From the NCBI GenBank assembly GCA_005882635.1, contig VBFG01000048.1, forward strand, positions 15,913-79,912: a stretch of DNA of 64,000 bases, written 5' to 3'. Made by a program: the position numbers and the translations under genes. The DNA is from Chloroflexota bacterium (GTDB lineage Bacteria > Chloroflexota > Limnocylindria > Limnocylindrales > CSP1-4). Position 1 is the first letter of the stretch. Each line of letters opens with the position of its first letter. A model generated the notes under the pieces. The model did no database searches. It saw nothing but the letters and a program-made list of their open reading frames with translations, and was not told the origin of the DNA. This document shows, one piece after another, positions 45,624 to 55,467 of this stretch.

Positions 45624-47728
45624 ACGCCGCCGCCGTGCCCAGCGTCGCGACCGGAACGAAGGCGGCGCTTCGCGTCGAGGACCTGTCGCTGTCGTACATC
45701 GTCCGGGGGATCCCGCGGCCCGTCCTCCGCGGGGTCACCTTCGAGGTAAAGGCCGGCGAGTCGTACGGGCTCGTCGGCGAGTCCGGCTGCGGCAAGTCGA
45801 CCACGGCCTATGCCGCGGTGCGTTACCTCCCGCGCAACGGCGTCATCACCGGTGGCCGCATCCTCGTGGATGGCGACGACATCACGAAGATGAACGACGA
45901 GCAAGTGCGTCTGTTCCGGATGCGCCACGCGTCGATGGTCTACCAGGACCCGGGGGCGGCCCTCAACCCGACGACCAAGGTCGGCCCGCAGGTCGTCGAG
46001 GCGTTCACGATCCTGGGCCAGGGCAAGCGGCAGGCCGAGGAGAACGCCCTGAAGGCGCTCCGGCGCGTCCAGATCGCCGACCCGGAGCGCGTCGCCCAGC
46101 GGTATCCGCACCAGCTCTCCGGCGGGATGCAACAGCGGGTCGTCATCGCGATCGCGCTCGCCTCTGATCCGAAGCTCCTCGTCCTCGACGAGCCGACGAC
46201 GGGCCTCGACGCCACCGTCGAGGCGAGCGTCCTCGATCTGGTCCGGAATCTCCAGGCCGAGACCAACGCCGCGGTCCTCCTCATCGCCCACAACCTCGGG
46301 GTCATCCGGACGCTGTGCGACCGGGTTGGCGTGATGTACGCGGGCAAGATCGTGGAAGAGGGCGACGCCGCGACGGTGTTCGAGAACCCCCAGCACCCAT
46401 ACACGCTCGGACTGTTGCGGTCCCTCCCACGACGCGGCATCCGGAAGTCGCAGCGACCGCTGTCGACGATCCCGGGCAACCTGCCACAGATCGGGACCCC
46501 GCTCCCCACCTGCGTCTACGTCGATCGCTGCCCGCTCGCAGATGAGCTGTGCCGGACGGTCGAGCCACCGGTGGTCGAGGTCGGCGGAGGGCAGTGGACC
46601 CGCTGTCATCACCGCGATCGTTTGGGTCAGCTTGCCGAACCGCCGCCCGTCGGCGGCCGCGAAGCCACCCTCGGCGAGTTGAACCTGACGCTCTCGAACG
46701 TCTCCAAGACGTTCCACCAGAGCGGCCACGACGTGCCGGCCCTGGTGAAGGTCAGCCTCGACCTCCACGACGGCGAGACGCTCGGTCTCGTCGGCGAATC
46801 CGGCTCGGGGAAGTCGACCCTGGCGAAGACGATCCTCGGGATCGAGAGCCCGGACGCGGGGGCGGACATCGAGCTCGACGAGCGTGCGCTCGCGGCGAAG
46901 GCGGCCAGTCGGCCGACGGCCGACAAGCGGTCGATGCAGATGGTCTTCCAGAACCCCGATTCGGCCCTCAACCGAGGGTGGACCGGCCGCCAGATCCTCG
47001 CCCGGTCCGTCCACAAGCTCACCGGCCTCCGAGGTCGAGCAGTCAACGAGCGGGTGGATCAGCTCGCCGCGGACCTGCGGCTCACCCAGCGCCACCTCGA
47101 TCTCAAGCCGCGCCAGCTGTCGGGTGGGCTCAAGCAGCGGCTGGCGATCGCTCGCGCGTTCGCCGGTGATCCCCGGATCGTCGTGGCCGACGAGCCGACG
47201 AGCGCCCTCGACGTCTCGGTCCAGGCCGCGATCCTCAATCTGTTGTCCGAGCTCCAGCTCCGGAGCAAGACCAGCTACCTGCTGATCTCACACGATCTGG
47301 GTGTGGTTCGCTATCTGGCCGATCGCATCGCGGTGATGTACCTCGGCCGGATCATGGAAGTCGGCAGCTCCGAGAGCGTCTTCAACGGACCGAACCATCC
47401 CTACACCGAGGCGCTGCTCTCGGCTGTGCCGAACGTGGACGCAGAGGATCGGCATCGGATCCTCCTGTCGGGCGAGATCCCGAGCCCCGCCAACCCACCG
47501 ACCGGGTGCGTCTTCAACACGCGCTGTCCGCGGGTCATCCGAGGTCTCTGCGAGGTGGTCGAGCCGCCGCTCGTCGAGGTCGAGCCAGGCCACCTGATGA
47601 GCTGTCACATCCCGGTCGACGAGTTGCGCCGCCTCCAGGCCAAGGCCGAGCGCGAAGATCTCGTCCTCACGACGCCACCGGAGTCGGCCGCAGCCGCCGC
47701 GGCGCAAGGAGTCGACGAGCTCGCCTGA
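45620..47728 (+). CDS. ABC transporter ATP-binding protein (fused DppD/F-like)
   Basis: Two NBDs: GESGCGKS and GESGSGKS, LSGG signatures, C-terminal Cys clusters. Confidence 0.93.
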   Translation: MNAAAVPSVATGTKAALRVEDLSLSYIVRGIPRPVLRGVTFEVKAGESYGLVGESGCGKSTTAYAAVRYLPRNGVITGGRILVDGDDITKMNDEQVRLFRMRHASMVYQDPGAALNPTTKVGPQVVEAFTILGQGKRQAEENALKALRRVQIADPERVAQRYPHQLSGGMQQRVVIAIALASDPKLLVLDEPTTGLDATVEASVLDLVRNLQAETNAAVLLIAHNLGVIRTLCDRVGVMYAGKIVEEGDAATVFENPQHPYTLGLLRSLPRRGIRKSQRPLSTIPGNLPQIGTPLPTCVYVDRCPLADELCRTVEPPVVEVGGGQWTRCHHRDRLGQLAEPPPVGGREATLGELNLTLSNVSKTFHQSGHDVPALVKVSLDLHDGETLGLVGESGSGKSTLAKTILGIESPDAGADIELDERALAAKAASRPTADKRSMQMVFQNPDSALNRGWTGRQILARSVHKLTGLRGRAVNERVDQLAADLRLTQRHLDLKPRQLSGGLKQRLAIARAFAGDPRIVVADEPTSALDVSVQAAILNLLSELQLRSKTSYLLISHDLGVVRYLADRIAVMYLGRIMEVGSSESVFNGPNHPYTEALLSAVPNVDAEDRHRILLSGEIPSPANPPTGCVFNTRCPRVIRGLCEVVEPPLVEVEPGHLMSCHIPVDELRRLQAKAEREDLVLTTPPESAAAAAAQGVDELA

Positions 47729-47750
47729 CGCGGGGGCCGGAGCGCGACCC

Positions 47751-49298
47751 TCAGACGTCGGAATCGGGGAAGCTCGCCTTGCGGCGGCGGAGCCAGTCGA
47801 TGAGGGCTTCGTGGATGCCTTCGTCGAGAGGCGGCTCCTCGTACTCCCGGAGCGTCCGCTTCCAGCGCTCGTTGGCGCGGACGGCCGCATCGCGCGCTCC
47901 CTCCGCCTGCCACTGCTCGAAGCTGTCGTTGTTCGACAGCTCGGAACGCCAGAAGGCGTCCTCGAAGTTTGCGAGCGTGTGGGGCGAACCGAGGAAGTGC
48001 TGGCCTGGGCCGCCGTCGAGCATCGCCTGGAGCGCCAGCCCGTTCTCGGTGAGGTCGACGCCGCCGATGAGCGCCGATGCCATCGAGGCCTGATCGGCGT
48101 CGAGGACGAACTTCTCGTAGCCGATCGTCAGCCCGCCCTCGAGCCAGCCGGCGGTGTGGAGATTGAAGTTCACGCCAGCTTGCATCGTTGCCATGAAGCT
48201 GATCGCGCTCTCGTACGCGGCCTGGTAGTCGGGGACCTTCGAGGCCGTGAAGTTGCCGCCACTTCGGAAGGGGACGCCGAGACGCCGGGCGAGGGCGGCC
48301 ATGACGAAGAGGATCAGCTGCGGCTCGGGGGTCCCGAACGTCGGCGCCCCCGACTGCATCGACATCGACGACGCGAATGATCCGAAGATCACCGGGGCGC
48401 CGGGCCTGACGATCTGGCAGAAGGCCATCCCGGCGAGCGCCTCCGCGAGGGTCTGGGTCGCCGCTGCGGCGACCGTGACCGGCGCCATCGCACCGCCGAG
48501 GATGAACGGGGTGACCAGCACGATCTGGTTGTTCTCGGCATAGACCTTGGCCGAGCCGAGCATGTTGAAGTCCCACGACATCGGCGAGTTCGCGTTCGCC
48601 AGACCCATGATCACGTGGTCGCGCCCGACGACGTCCGGCCCGAACAGGATCTTGACCATGTCGACGCTGTCCTGGGCGCGATCCGGATGGGTGACCGATC
48701 CCATGAACGCCTTGTCCGTGTAGCGGATATGGCTGTAGACCATGTCCAGATGCCGCTTGTTGACCGGCAGATCGACCGGCTCGCACAGCGTCCCGCCGCC
48801 GTGATGGAGCGTGTGGTTCATGTACGTCAGCTTCACGAAGTTGCGGAAGTCCTCGATCGTCGCGTAGCGCCGGCCTTCGTCCAGGTTGTGGATGAACGGC
48901 GACCCATAGCTCGGGACCAGGACCATGTAGGGGTCGCCGATCACCACGTCCCGCTTCGGATTGCGCGCTCGCTGGGTGAAGATCGGTGGTGCCGACGCCT
49001 GGATGATCCGCCGACACATGCCACGTTCGAAGTGGACGCGCGTCCCGGTGACGTCCGCGCCGGCGCCGCGGAAGATGTCGAGGGCCTCCGGGAAGTTGCC
49101 GATCTCGATGCCGACCTGCTCGAGCAGCGTGTCCGCGTTGTGCTCGATGGTCTCGAGGCCTTCGGCGGAGATCACCTCGACCGGCGCCAGCCTCCTGGTG
49201 AGGTACGGCAGGGACTCGGCAGCACGAGCCAACCGGGCTTCCTGACGGGCAGCTCGTCCGCGTCGCAGGGTGTGGTGGTCGGCCTCTTGAGTCGTCAC
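47751..49298 (-). CDS. second MttB-family methyltransferase, pyrrolysine-free
   Basis: CEPVDLP, ANANSPM, PFILGGAMAPVT, SMQSGAPTFGTPE, HTAGWLEGG; no in-frame TAG. Confidence 0.93.
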   Translation of the reverse strand: MTTQEADHHTLRRGRAARQEARLARAAESLPYLTRRLAPVEVISAEGLETIEHNADTLLEQVGIEIGNFPEALDIFRGAGADVTGTRVHFERGMCRRIIQASAPPIFTQRARNPKRDVVIGDPYMVLVPSYGSPFIHNLDEGRRYATIEDFRNFVKLTYMNHTLHHGGGTLCEPVDLPVNKRHLDMVYSHIRYTDKAFMGSVTHPDRAQDSVDMVKILFGPDVVGRDHVIMGLANANSPMSWDFNMLGSAKVYAENNQIVLVTPFILGGAMAPVTVAAAATQTLAEALAGMAFCQIVRPGAPVIFGSFASSMSMQSGAPTFGTPEPQLILFVMAALARRLGVPFRSGGNFTASKVPDYQAAYESAISFMATMQAGVNFNLHTAGWLEGGLTIGYEKFVLDADQASMASALIGGVDLTENGLALQAMLDGGPGQHFLGSPHTLANFEDAFWRSELSNNDSFEQWQAEGARDAAVRANERWKRTLREYEEPPLDEGIHEALIDWLRRRKASFPDSDV

Positions 49299-49350
49299 TC
49301 GATCTCCTCGGCTGCGGACGACACTGGGGCCACTGTACCGATGCGGTCGA

Positions 49351-51864
49351 TCACGCGCGGATCCGCTCACCCTTCGGATCCCAGAGCGGCTCCTTGACGA
49401 CCGTCGCCGGGAGCCGCTCACCGAACCACTCGACGCTGAGCGCCGTTCCCGGCACCGCAAGCTCCGCTGGCAGCATCACGCTCGTCAGATCGCGTCCCAC
49501 GCAGTACCCGTATGCGGCGCTGCGGACGTAACCAACGACGCGATCACGCTCTCGGACGGCCTCCTTGCCGAGGACGACATGCTCCGGCTCGTCGAGGGCG
49601 ACCCATGCCAGCGCCCGCGTCCGACCGGCCGTCCGCTTGCGGGCGAGGGCGTCGCGGCCGACGAAGTCTGGCTTGGCGAGTCTCACGGTAAAGCCGATGC
49701 CCGCCTCGTACGGGTCGTCCTCGGCCGTCATGTCCGTTCCCCAGGCGCGGTAGCCCTTCTCCATCCGGAGGCCGTCGTATGCGGCTCGCCCGCACGGCAC
49801 GAGACCGTATGGCCGGCCAGCCTCCCACAGCACGTCCCACAACCGCAGGCCCACCGCAGCCTCGGCGTACAGCTCCCAGCCGAGCTCGCCGGCGTACGAG
49901 ATCCGCTGGGCGAGGACCGGCACGTCCGCGATCTCGATCTCTCGCGCGGCGAGGTACGGGAATGCGGTATTCGACAGGTCGTCCGGCGAGATGGACTCGA
50001 CCAGATCGCGCGCGCGGGGGCCCCAGACCCCGACGGCGCAGGTGCCCGCGGTGTCCTCGGTGACGTCGACCCGTTCATCCGGCCGACGCGCGCGTCGCAG
50101 GTAGGCGACGTCCTGAGGGCCGTTGCAGCCGAGCTGATAGCGGTCCTCGGCCAGGCGGGTGAAGGTGACGTCACTGCGGACGCCCCCCGACTCATCGCAG
50201 ACGGCCGAGTAGACGACGGTCCCGACGGGGACGGCCAGGTCATTCGTCGCGATCCGCTGGAGGAAGGACTCGGCGTCAGGTCCCTGGACGACCGCCCTCG
50301 TCAGCGACGTCAGGTCGAAGATCCCGACCGCTTCGCGCGTCGCCCGATGCTCGGTCGCCGCGTTCGGTGCCCAGAACCGGCCGGCCCATCCGGACCGGGC
50401 GGCCGCTGGGTCCGGCGGATTCGACGCGAACCACTGCGCGCGCTCCCAGCCTTTGCCCTCGAAGAACTCCGCCCCGAGGGACTCGAGGCGGTCGTGGAAC
50501 GGGGCCACGCGGAGCGGTCGGGCGACGCCGAGCGGCTGGAGCGGATGGACGAGGTCGTACACCTCGTCGTAGTTCCGGGCACCACGGGCCAGGATGTAGC
50601 TCCGCGTCGTCTGGACGGACTCGAACCGGTCGATGTCCATCTCGTGGATGTCCATCCCGGGCTCGCCATGCGTGAGCCAGTCCGCCATGAGGCGACCGAC
50701 GCCGCCGCCGTGGGTCAGCCAGACGGCCTCGGCGATCCAGGCTCCCCTGGTCGAGGGTGATCGGCCGAGGATCGGGAACCCGTCGGGCGTGAACGAGAAC
50801 ATCCCCTGGAGGGTGTAGTCGAGCCGGGTCGCCGCCAGTGCGGGCAGGAGCCGCCGGGCCTCCGACCAGGCGCCCTCGAAGTGCTGCCCCTGCCACGGTC
50901 GGAGGGACGGCATGTCGAGCTCCTCCCCGTGTGGATTCACGCCCGCCGTCCCGGCCGGGGCAGGAGTGCCGTGCCGGCGGATGTCGCGGGGGTCGACGAG
51001 GAGGGGTGTGTGCTCGTACGTGCCGACGCCATACCGGTCGGCGTGCTGCCGGTAGTACATCGCCCGGTCCTGGTCGCGCATCATCGGGTGGGCGACCTCG
51101 CGCGTTTCCCCGGCGAGAGCGTCGATCGGCGTCGTGATCGCGTAGAGGTGCTCGCAGACGGCCAGCGGAACGGGCGTTCGCAGCATCCGCCCGAGGAGCG
51201 GGCCCCAGATCCCGGCGCAGACGATGGTCTGTGGCGTTTCGATGGTTCCGCGATCCGTCTCCACACCGTGGAGTTGGCCGGCCCGGATATCGAACCCGAC
51301 GACGCTTGTCCGCGGAACGAGCGTGACACCCGCTGCCGCGGCCCGATCCAGCAGCGCGCCGACGGCTCGGAGCGGCTTGGCGATCCCGTCGATCGGCACG
51401 TGGTACGCGCCGAGGAACTCGCCGACGTCCAGGAGCGGGAGCAGCGAACGGGTGTCGTCGGGCGAGATGATCCGCGCGCCGGGCACGCCCCACGCCTCGG
51501 CGACACCGAGCTTGCGGCGATGATCGGCCCAGCGCTCAGGCGTCCGCGCGATCTCGATGGTTCCGACCGGGAAGAAGCACGGCTGGTCCGCGGTGCCGAG
51601 CGACGAGAAGAGGTTGACAGTCTCGAGGGCCAACCCGGTCATCGCCCGCGAGTAGCTCGTCGCGAAGACGCCGCCCGGCGCGTGGGTGGTCGAGCCGCCC
51701 GTCGCCGGGATCGGTCCCGCGTCGACCACCACGACGTCGGTCCAACCGCGGTCGACGAGGTGATACGCGACGCTCGCTCCGACGATGCCGGCGCCGATGA
51801 TCACGAGCGAGGCTGACCGCGGGATCGGGACTGGATCAGCCACGGCTGGCGGGGAGCTGACCAT
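49351..51864 (-). CDS. dimethylglycine oxidase-like FAD/GcvT protein
   Basis: IIGAGIVG, GGSTTHAPG, FSFTPDGFP, AEAVWLTHG, SYAGELGWE, LRMEKGY. Confidence 0.9.
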   Translation of the reverse strand: MVSSPPAVADPVPIPRSASLVIIGAGIVGASVAYHLVDRGWTDVVVVDAGPIPATGGSTTHAPGGVFATSYSRAMTGLALETVNLFSSLGTADQPCFFPVGTIEIARTPERWADHRRKLGVAEAWGVPGARIISPDDTRSLLPLLDVGEFLGAYHVPIDGIAKPLRAVGALLDRAAAAGVTLVPRTSVVGFDIRAGQLHGVETDRGTIETPQTIVCAGIWGPLLGRMLRTPVPLAVCEHLYAITTPIDALAGETREVAHPMMRDQDRAMYYRQHADRYGVGTYEHTPLLVDPRDIRRHGTPAPAGTAGVNPHGEELDMPSLRPWQGQHFEGAWSEARRLLPALAATRLDYTLQGMFSFTPDGFPILGRSPSTRGAWIAEAVWLTHGGGVGRLMADWLTHGEPGMDIHEMDIDRFESVQTTRSYILARGARNYDEVYDLVHPLQPLGVARPLRVAPFHDRLESLGAEFFEGKGWERAQWFASNPPDPAAARSGWAGRFWAPNAATEHRATREAVGIFDLTSLTRAVVQGPDAESFLQRIATNDLAVPVGTVVYSAVCDESGGVRSDVTFTRLAEDRYQLGCNGPQDVAYLRRARRPDERVDVTEDTAGTCAVGVWGPRARDLVESISPDDLSNTAFPYLAAREIEIADVPVLAQRISYAGELGWELYAEAAVGLRLWDVLWEAGRPYGLVPCGRAAYDGLRMEKGYRAWGTDMTAEDDPYEAGIGFTVRLAKPDFVGRDALARKRTAGRTRALAWVALDEPEHVVLGKEAVRERDRVVGYVRSAAYGYCVGRDLTSVMLPAELAVPGTALSVEWFGERLPATVVKEPLWDPKGERIRA

Positions 51865-52049
51865 CGGCGACCTCCGGCACCTGGGCGGCAATGGTATCGC
51901 CGTCGGAGCGGCGATCACGGTTGGCGTTGGTGCCGACTCCGGGCTCCGGGCCGCGCTTGACGGACCTCCGTCCGGACGGCAGAGTCCGGCCGGTGGAACT
52001 CCGGCACGTCCCGCGGAGCCACGCCGGCGAATCCGCGCAGAACGGGGCC

Positions 52050-52844
52050 ATGATGTCGATGGAGTCTGAGCGCGCGACTGCGCGGGACCGACCACCGGAA
52101 GAAGCGTCCGAGGACACGTCGTTCGCGCGCGGCCTGCGCGTCCTGCTGACGATCGCCGACCGGGGTGAGATCCGGGCCGACGAGCTCAGCGCCCTCCTCG
52201 ACACCCCGATCTCGACGATCTACCGCTACCTGCGGACCCTGGCCGGCTTCGGCTTCGTCGACCGTCAGGGCGCCGGCTACCGCCTCGGACCGCGGCTGAT
52301 CATCGGGCGCGGCGCGAACGTCACGGCCGAGGAGCTGAGGCGCACCGCGGACCCGGTCCTTCGGCTCCTCGCCGAGGAGACCGGCGAGACCGCCGTCATC
52401 GTCCGCCGGGTCGGCCTGATGGCGGTCTGCCTCCACGAGGTTCCGTCGCGCCACCCGCTGCGGGTCGCGATCGCGCCCGACACGTCGCTCCCGCTCGACA
52501 GCGGCGCATTCGGCAAGGCCCTGCTGGCGTTCGCGCCCCCCGAGATCCTCGACGAGGTGCTCGCGGCCGACACCCGGTCTCCGGGCGCGCCGATCGAGGA
52601 TCGCCTTCGGGCGGATCTGGCCGACATCGTGACGAGCGGGGTGGCCCGCTCGGTCGGCGAGGCGATCGGTAGCTCGGTGGCCATCGCGGTTCCCATATTC
52701 CGAGAAGACGGGATCGTCGCGGCGATCGGCGTCGTCGGCCCCGAGAGCCGCTGTGGGCTCGGCTGGCGGACGCGCGTCGCGCGCCTCCTGCCGGGTGCGG
52801 CGAGCTCCGTCGTCGGGGCGCTCAGCCCGGGACTGTCGGCGTAG
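52050..52844 (+). CDS. IclR family transcriptional regulator
   Basis: RGLRVL..STIYRYLRTL HTH; ETGET, GKALLAF, AIAVPI. Confidence 0.92.
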   Translation: MMSMESERATARDRPPEEASEDTSFARGLRVLLTIADRGEIRADELSALLDTPISTIYRYLRTLAGFGFVDRQGAGYRLGPRLIIGRGANVTAEELRRTADPVLRLLAEETGETAVIVRRVGLMAVCLHEVPSRHPLRVAIAPDTSLPLDSGAFGKALLAFAPPEILDEVLAADTRSPGAPIEDRLRADLADIVTSGVARSVGEAIGSSVAIAVPIFREDGIVAAIGVVGPESRCGLGWRTRVARLLPGAASSVVGALSPGLSA

Positions 52845-52848
52845 GACT

Positions 52849-52909
52849 TTCCGGAATACGGAATAGCCCGATCTCATTATTTGACAATCCTGCGCAAGAA
52901 GCCCATCGT
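52849..52909 (+). promoter_or_regulatory. palindromic operator plus promoter
   Basis: TTCCG-GAATA-CGGAA at 52849-52863; TTGACA-N17-CATCGT at 52881-52909, 8 nt before ATG 52918. Confidence 0.55.
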
Positions 52910-52917
52910 GCCGCGCG

Positions 52918-53445
52918 ATGGACCCGCTGCACGGCCTTCGTCCCGCGGGCGACAGCTACGCGACGATGCCGATCGCGACCGCCTTCAACTGGGACGAGGC
53001 CATGGCCGACCTCGGCGACGGCGAGTGGTATCTCGTCGCCTTCCGGTCGATCCGCAGGCCCGACGCGGACGAGGCGCGGCTCGAGGCGTTCGATGAGCTC
53101 GCCCACCAGGAGGCTGCCGGCGCCCCCGGGTTCATCTACTACTTCAAGGGTCCGAAGGCCGCCGACGATTCGTGTCTCTCGTTCTGCCTGTGGCAGAGTC
53201 GCTCCGACGCCCGGGCGGCCGCCGCACGACCCGCCCACGTCCGCGCCGTGAGCCTGATCGCCGAGATGTACGCTCTGTACGCGCTGGAGTTCCTCCGGGT
53301 TCGCCGCGAAGCGGATGGTCCGATCACCTTCTCGCCGTACGACCCCGGTCACCCGACGCAGCCGGTGACCAGCGAGCCCGTCGACCGGACCCCGCCGAGC
53401 CCGCTCGCACCGCCCCTCGTCCTGCGACCGGCCCCGGCGTCCTGA
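52918..53445 (+). CDS. hypothetical ABM-like barrel protein
   Basis: AFRS, DELAHQEA..GFIYYFKG, CLSFCLWQS..A..H pattern. Confidence 0.6.
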   Translation: MDPLHGLRPAGDSYATMPIATAFNWDEAMADLGDGEWYLVAFRSIRRPDADEARLEAFDELAHQEAAGAPGFIYYFKGPKAADDSCLSFCLWQSRSDARAAAARPAHVRAVSLIAEMYALYALEFLRVRREADGPITFSPYDPGHPTQPVTSEPVDRTPPSPLAPPLVLRPAPAS

Positions 53446-54455
53446 GGGCGCTCGGCCTCGCGCCGGGCATCGGCGTCGCCGTCGCGATCGCCGCGGCGGC
53501 CCGGCTGCTCACGGGCTTCCTGCCTCCGGTCGTGTCGGAGGTCACGGTCGCCATCCTCATCGGTCTCCTCGTCGGGCGCCTGCCATTCGCACGCGACCCG
53601 ACGCTGCGGCCCGGCCTGCGTTTCGCCGGGGAGCGGCTCCTCCGGCTCGGGATCGTGCTGCTGGGCGCGAAGCTCAGCGTCCAGCAGATCGCCGGGATCG
53701 GGCTGCCCGCAGCCGTGATCATCGCGGTGACGATGGCCGCCGCGCTCGCGATCGTCCTGCTCCTGTCGCGGCTCGCTGCGGTCGACGGTCGCCTCGCGGT
53801 CCTGCTCGCCGTCGGGGCGGCCGTCTGCGGCAACTCGGCGGTCGTCGCCACGTCGCCGGTCATCTCGGCCCGGCCGCGCGACACCGCGTACGCCGTCGCC
53901 ACCGTGACCCTCTTCGGGACGATCGCGGTCTTCGCCTACCCGCTGATCGGGCACGCCGCCCACCTCGGGGACGCGGCCTTCGGGCTGTGGTCCGGCATCG
54001 CCATCAACGACACGAGCCAGGTCGTCGCCGCGAGCTCGGCCTACTCGCCCGGGGCGTTCGAGGTCGCGACCGTCGTGAAGCTGATCCGGAATGCGCTGAT
54101 GGCGCCGCTGCTCCTCGCGATCGCGTGGGCCTGGCTGCGCCGCACCGGCGAGGTGGGCGACACGTCCGCCGGGATCCGTCGCGCGGTGCCGCTGTTCGTG
54201 CTGGGGTTCCTCGCCCTCTCCGCGCTGCGCGGCGTCGGCGTAATCGACGCCGGCTTCGCGACGACCCTCGAGTCGATCGCACGGAGCCTGATCCTCGTCG
54301 CCCTCGCCGCGGTCGGACTGAACGTCCGGGTCGAGGAGCTCCGCTCGGTCGGCCCGAAGCCGCTCCTGATCGGGCTCGGCGCTGCAGTCGCCATCGGGGC
54401 GGCCACGATCATGGCGATCACCAGCCTCGGGCTGGCCGACGGACTCGTGACCTAG
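53442..54455 (+). CDS. YeiH/UPF0324 putative sulfate exporter family transporter
   Basis: LLRLGIVLLG, VCGNSA, INDTSQV, VKLIR; start uncertain (possibly CTG coupled to the upstream stop). Confidence 0.88.
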   Translation: MRALGLAPGIGVAVAIAAAARLLTGFLPPVVSEVTVAILIGLLVGRLPFARDPTLRPGLRFAGERLLRLGIVLLGAKLSVQQIAGIGLPAAVIIAVTMAAALAIVLLLSRLAAVDGRLAVLLAVGAAVCGNSAVVATSPVISARPRDTAYAVATVTLFGTIAVFAYPLIGHAAHLGDAAFGLWSGIAINDTSQVVAASSAYSPGAFEVATVVKLIRNALMAPLLLAIAWAWLRRTGEVGDTSAGIRRAVPLFVLGFLALSALRGVGVIDAGFATTLESIARSLILVALAAVGLNVRVEELRSVGPKPLLIGLGAAVAIGAATIMAITSLGLADGLVT

Positions 54456-54461
54456 GCGTCG

Positions 54462-55445
54462 CTACCCGCTGAGCTCCGGTCCAGGGCGCGAGACTTCCCC
54501 GCGCCGCCAGCCGATCCGTGTGAAGGCGATGGCCCCGCCAACCGAGGTGACGACGAGGATCGTCGCGTGGGTGAGCAGTGCGAGCGCGAACGCCGTCTCG
54601 GCCGGGACGCCGATCGCCTTGCCGATCTCGACGGCGGCGAGCTCGAACGTGCCGAGGTTCGACGGGCCGGCGGGCACCGCACTGGCCAGGGCCACCCCGG
54701 AGCCGATGAGGGCCGCCTGGCCGATCGTCAGCTGCAGTCCGATCGACTGGCCGACTGCGGCGAAGGCAAGGATGGAGCATGTCCAGGCGGCGGCGCTGGC
54801 GAGGAGCGCCTCTGCCAGCGTCCGCGGCCGACCGGCGACCTGGAGGCCGCCCTGGAGGCTCCGGGCGAGCTCCCGCACCCGCGGCCAGCGGTCGACGAGC
54901 GCCCGGGCGCGATCCGCACCCGGCAGCCGATGGGCGACGATCCCGAGCGCGAGGACGACGAGGAACAGGCCGGCGACGCCGGCACCGACGTAGACGGCGC
55001 TCGCGACGACCCCGCGGACGCTCAGGACGAGGAGTGCGGCCGACGCGATGGCGACGACCGCCACGAGGTCGACGACGCGCTCGACGACAACCGTGCCCAG
55101 GGCCGAGGCCCGGCTGATCGCCTCCCGATCGCCGAGGTAGTGGCTGCGGACGAGCTCGCCGAGACGCGCCGGCAGGACGTTGTTCGCGAGATAGCCGATC
55201 AACAGGTAGCCGAACATCGGCAGGTAGCGGACGTGGGCGATCGGGCGGAGCAGGCGCTGCCAGCGGAGCGCGCGGAACGAGAGGTCGAGGCTCGACAGGA
55301 GCGCGGCGAACGCGACCCAGCGCAGGTCGGCGGTTCGCAGGACGTCGCCGACCCTGGCCAGGTCGACGCCTCGGAGGACGAGCCAGATGGCGACGACCGA
55401 GATGGCCGCCCCGAGGACAGCCCGCACGGCCGAGCCTCTCCGCAC
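54462..55445 (-). CDS. lysylphosphatidylglycerol synthase TM-domain (flippase-like) protein
   Basis: RALRW, NNVLPARLGELVR, ERVVD, PSNLGTFE. Confidence 0.88.
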   Translation of the reverse strand: MRRGSAVRAVLGAAISVVAIWLVLRGVDLARVGDVLRTADLRWVAFAALLSSLDLSFRALRWQRLLRPIAHVRYLPMFGYLLIGYLANNVLPARLGELVRSHYLGDREAISRASALGTVVVERVVDLVAVVAIASAALLVLSVRGVVASAVYVGAGVAGLFLVVLALGIVAHRLPGADRARALVDRWPRVRELARSLQGGLQVAGRPRTLAEALLASAAAWTCSILAFAAVGQSIGLQLTIGQAALIGSGVALASAVPAGPSNLGTFELAAVEIGKAIGVPAETAFALALLTHATILVVTSVGGAIAFTRIGWRRGEVSRPGPELSG

Positions 55446-55467
55446 GTCGACGATCCCCGGGTCGCTC

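Noticed and set aside
38841-49298. Pyrrolysine recoding in the MttB genes
   Set aside because: Neither ORF has an in-frame TAG, and no pyl genes are present.
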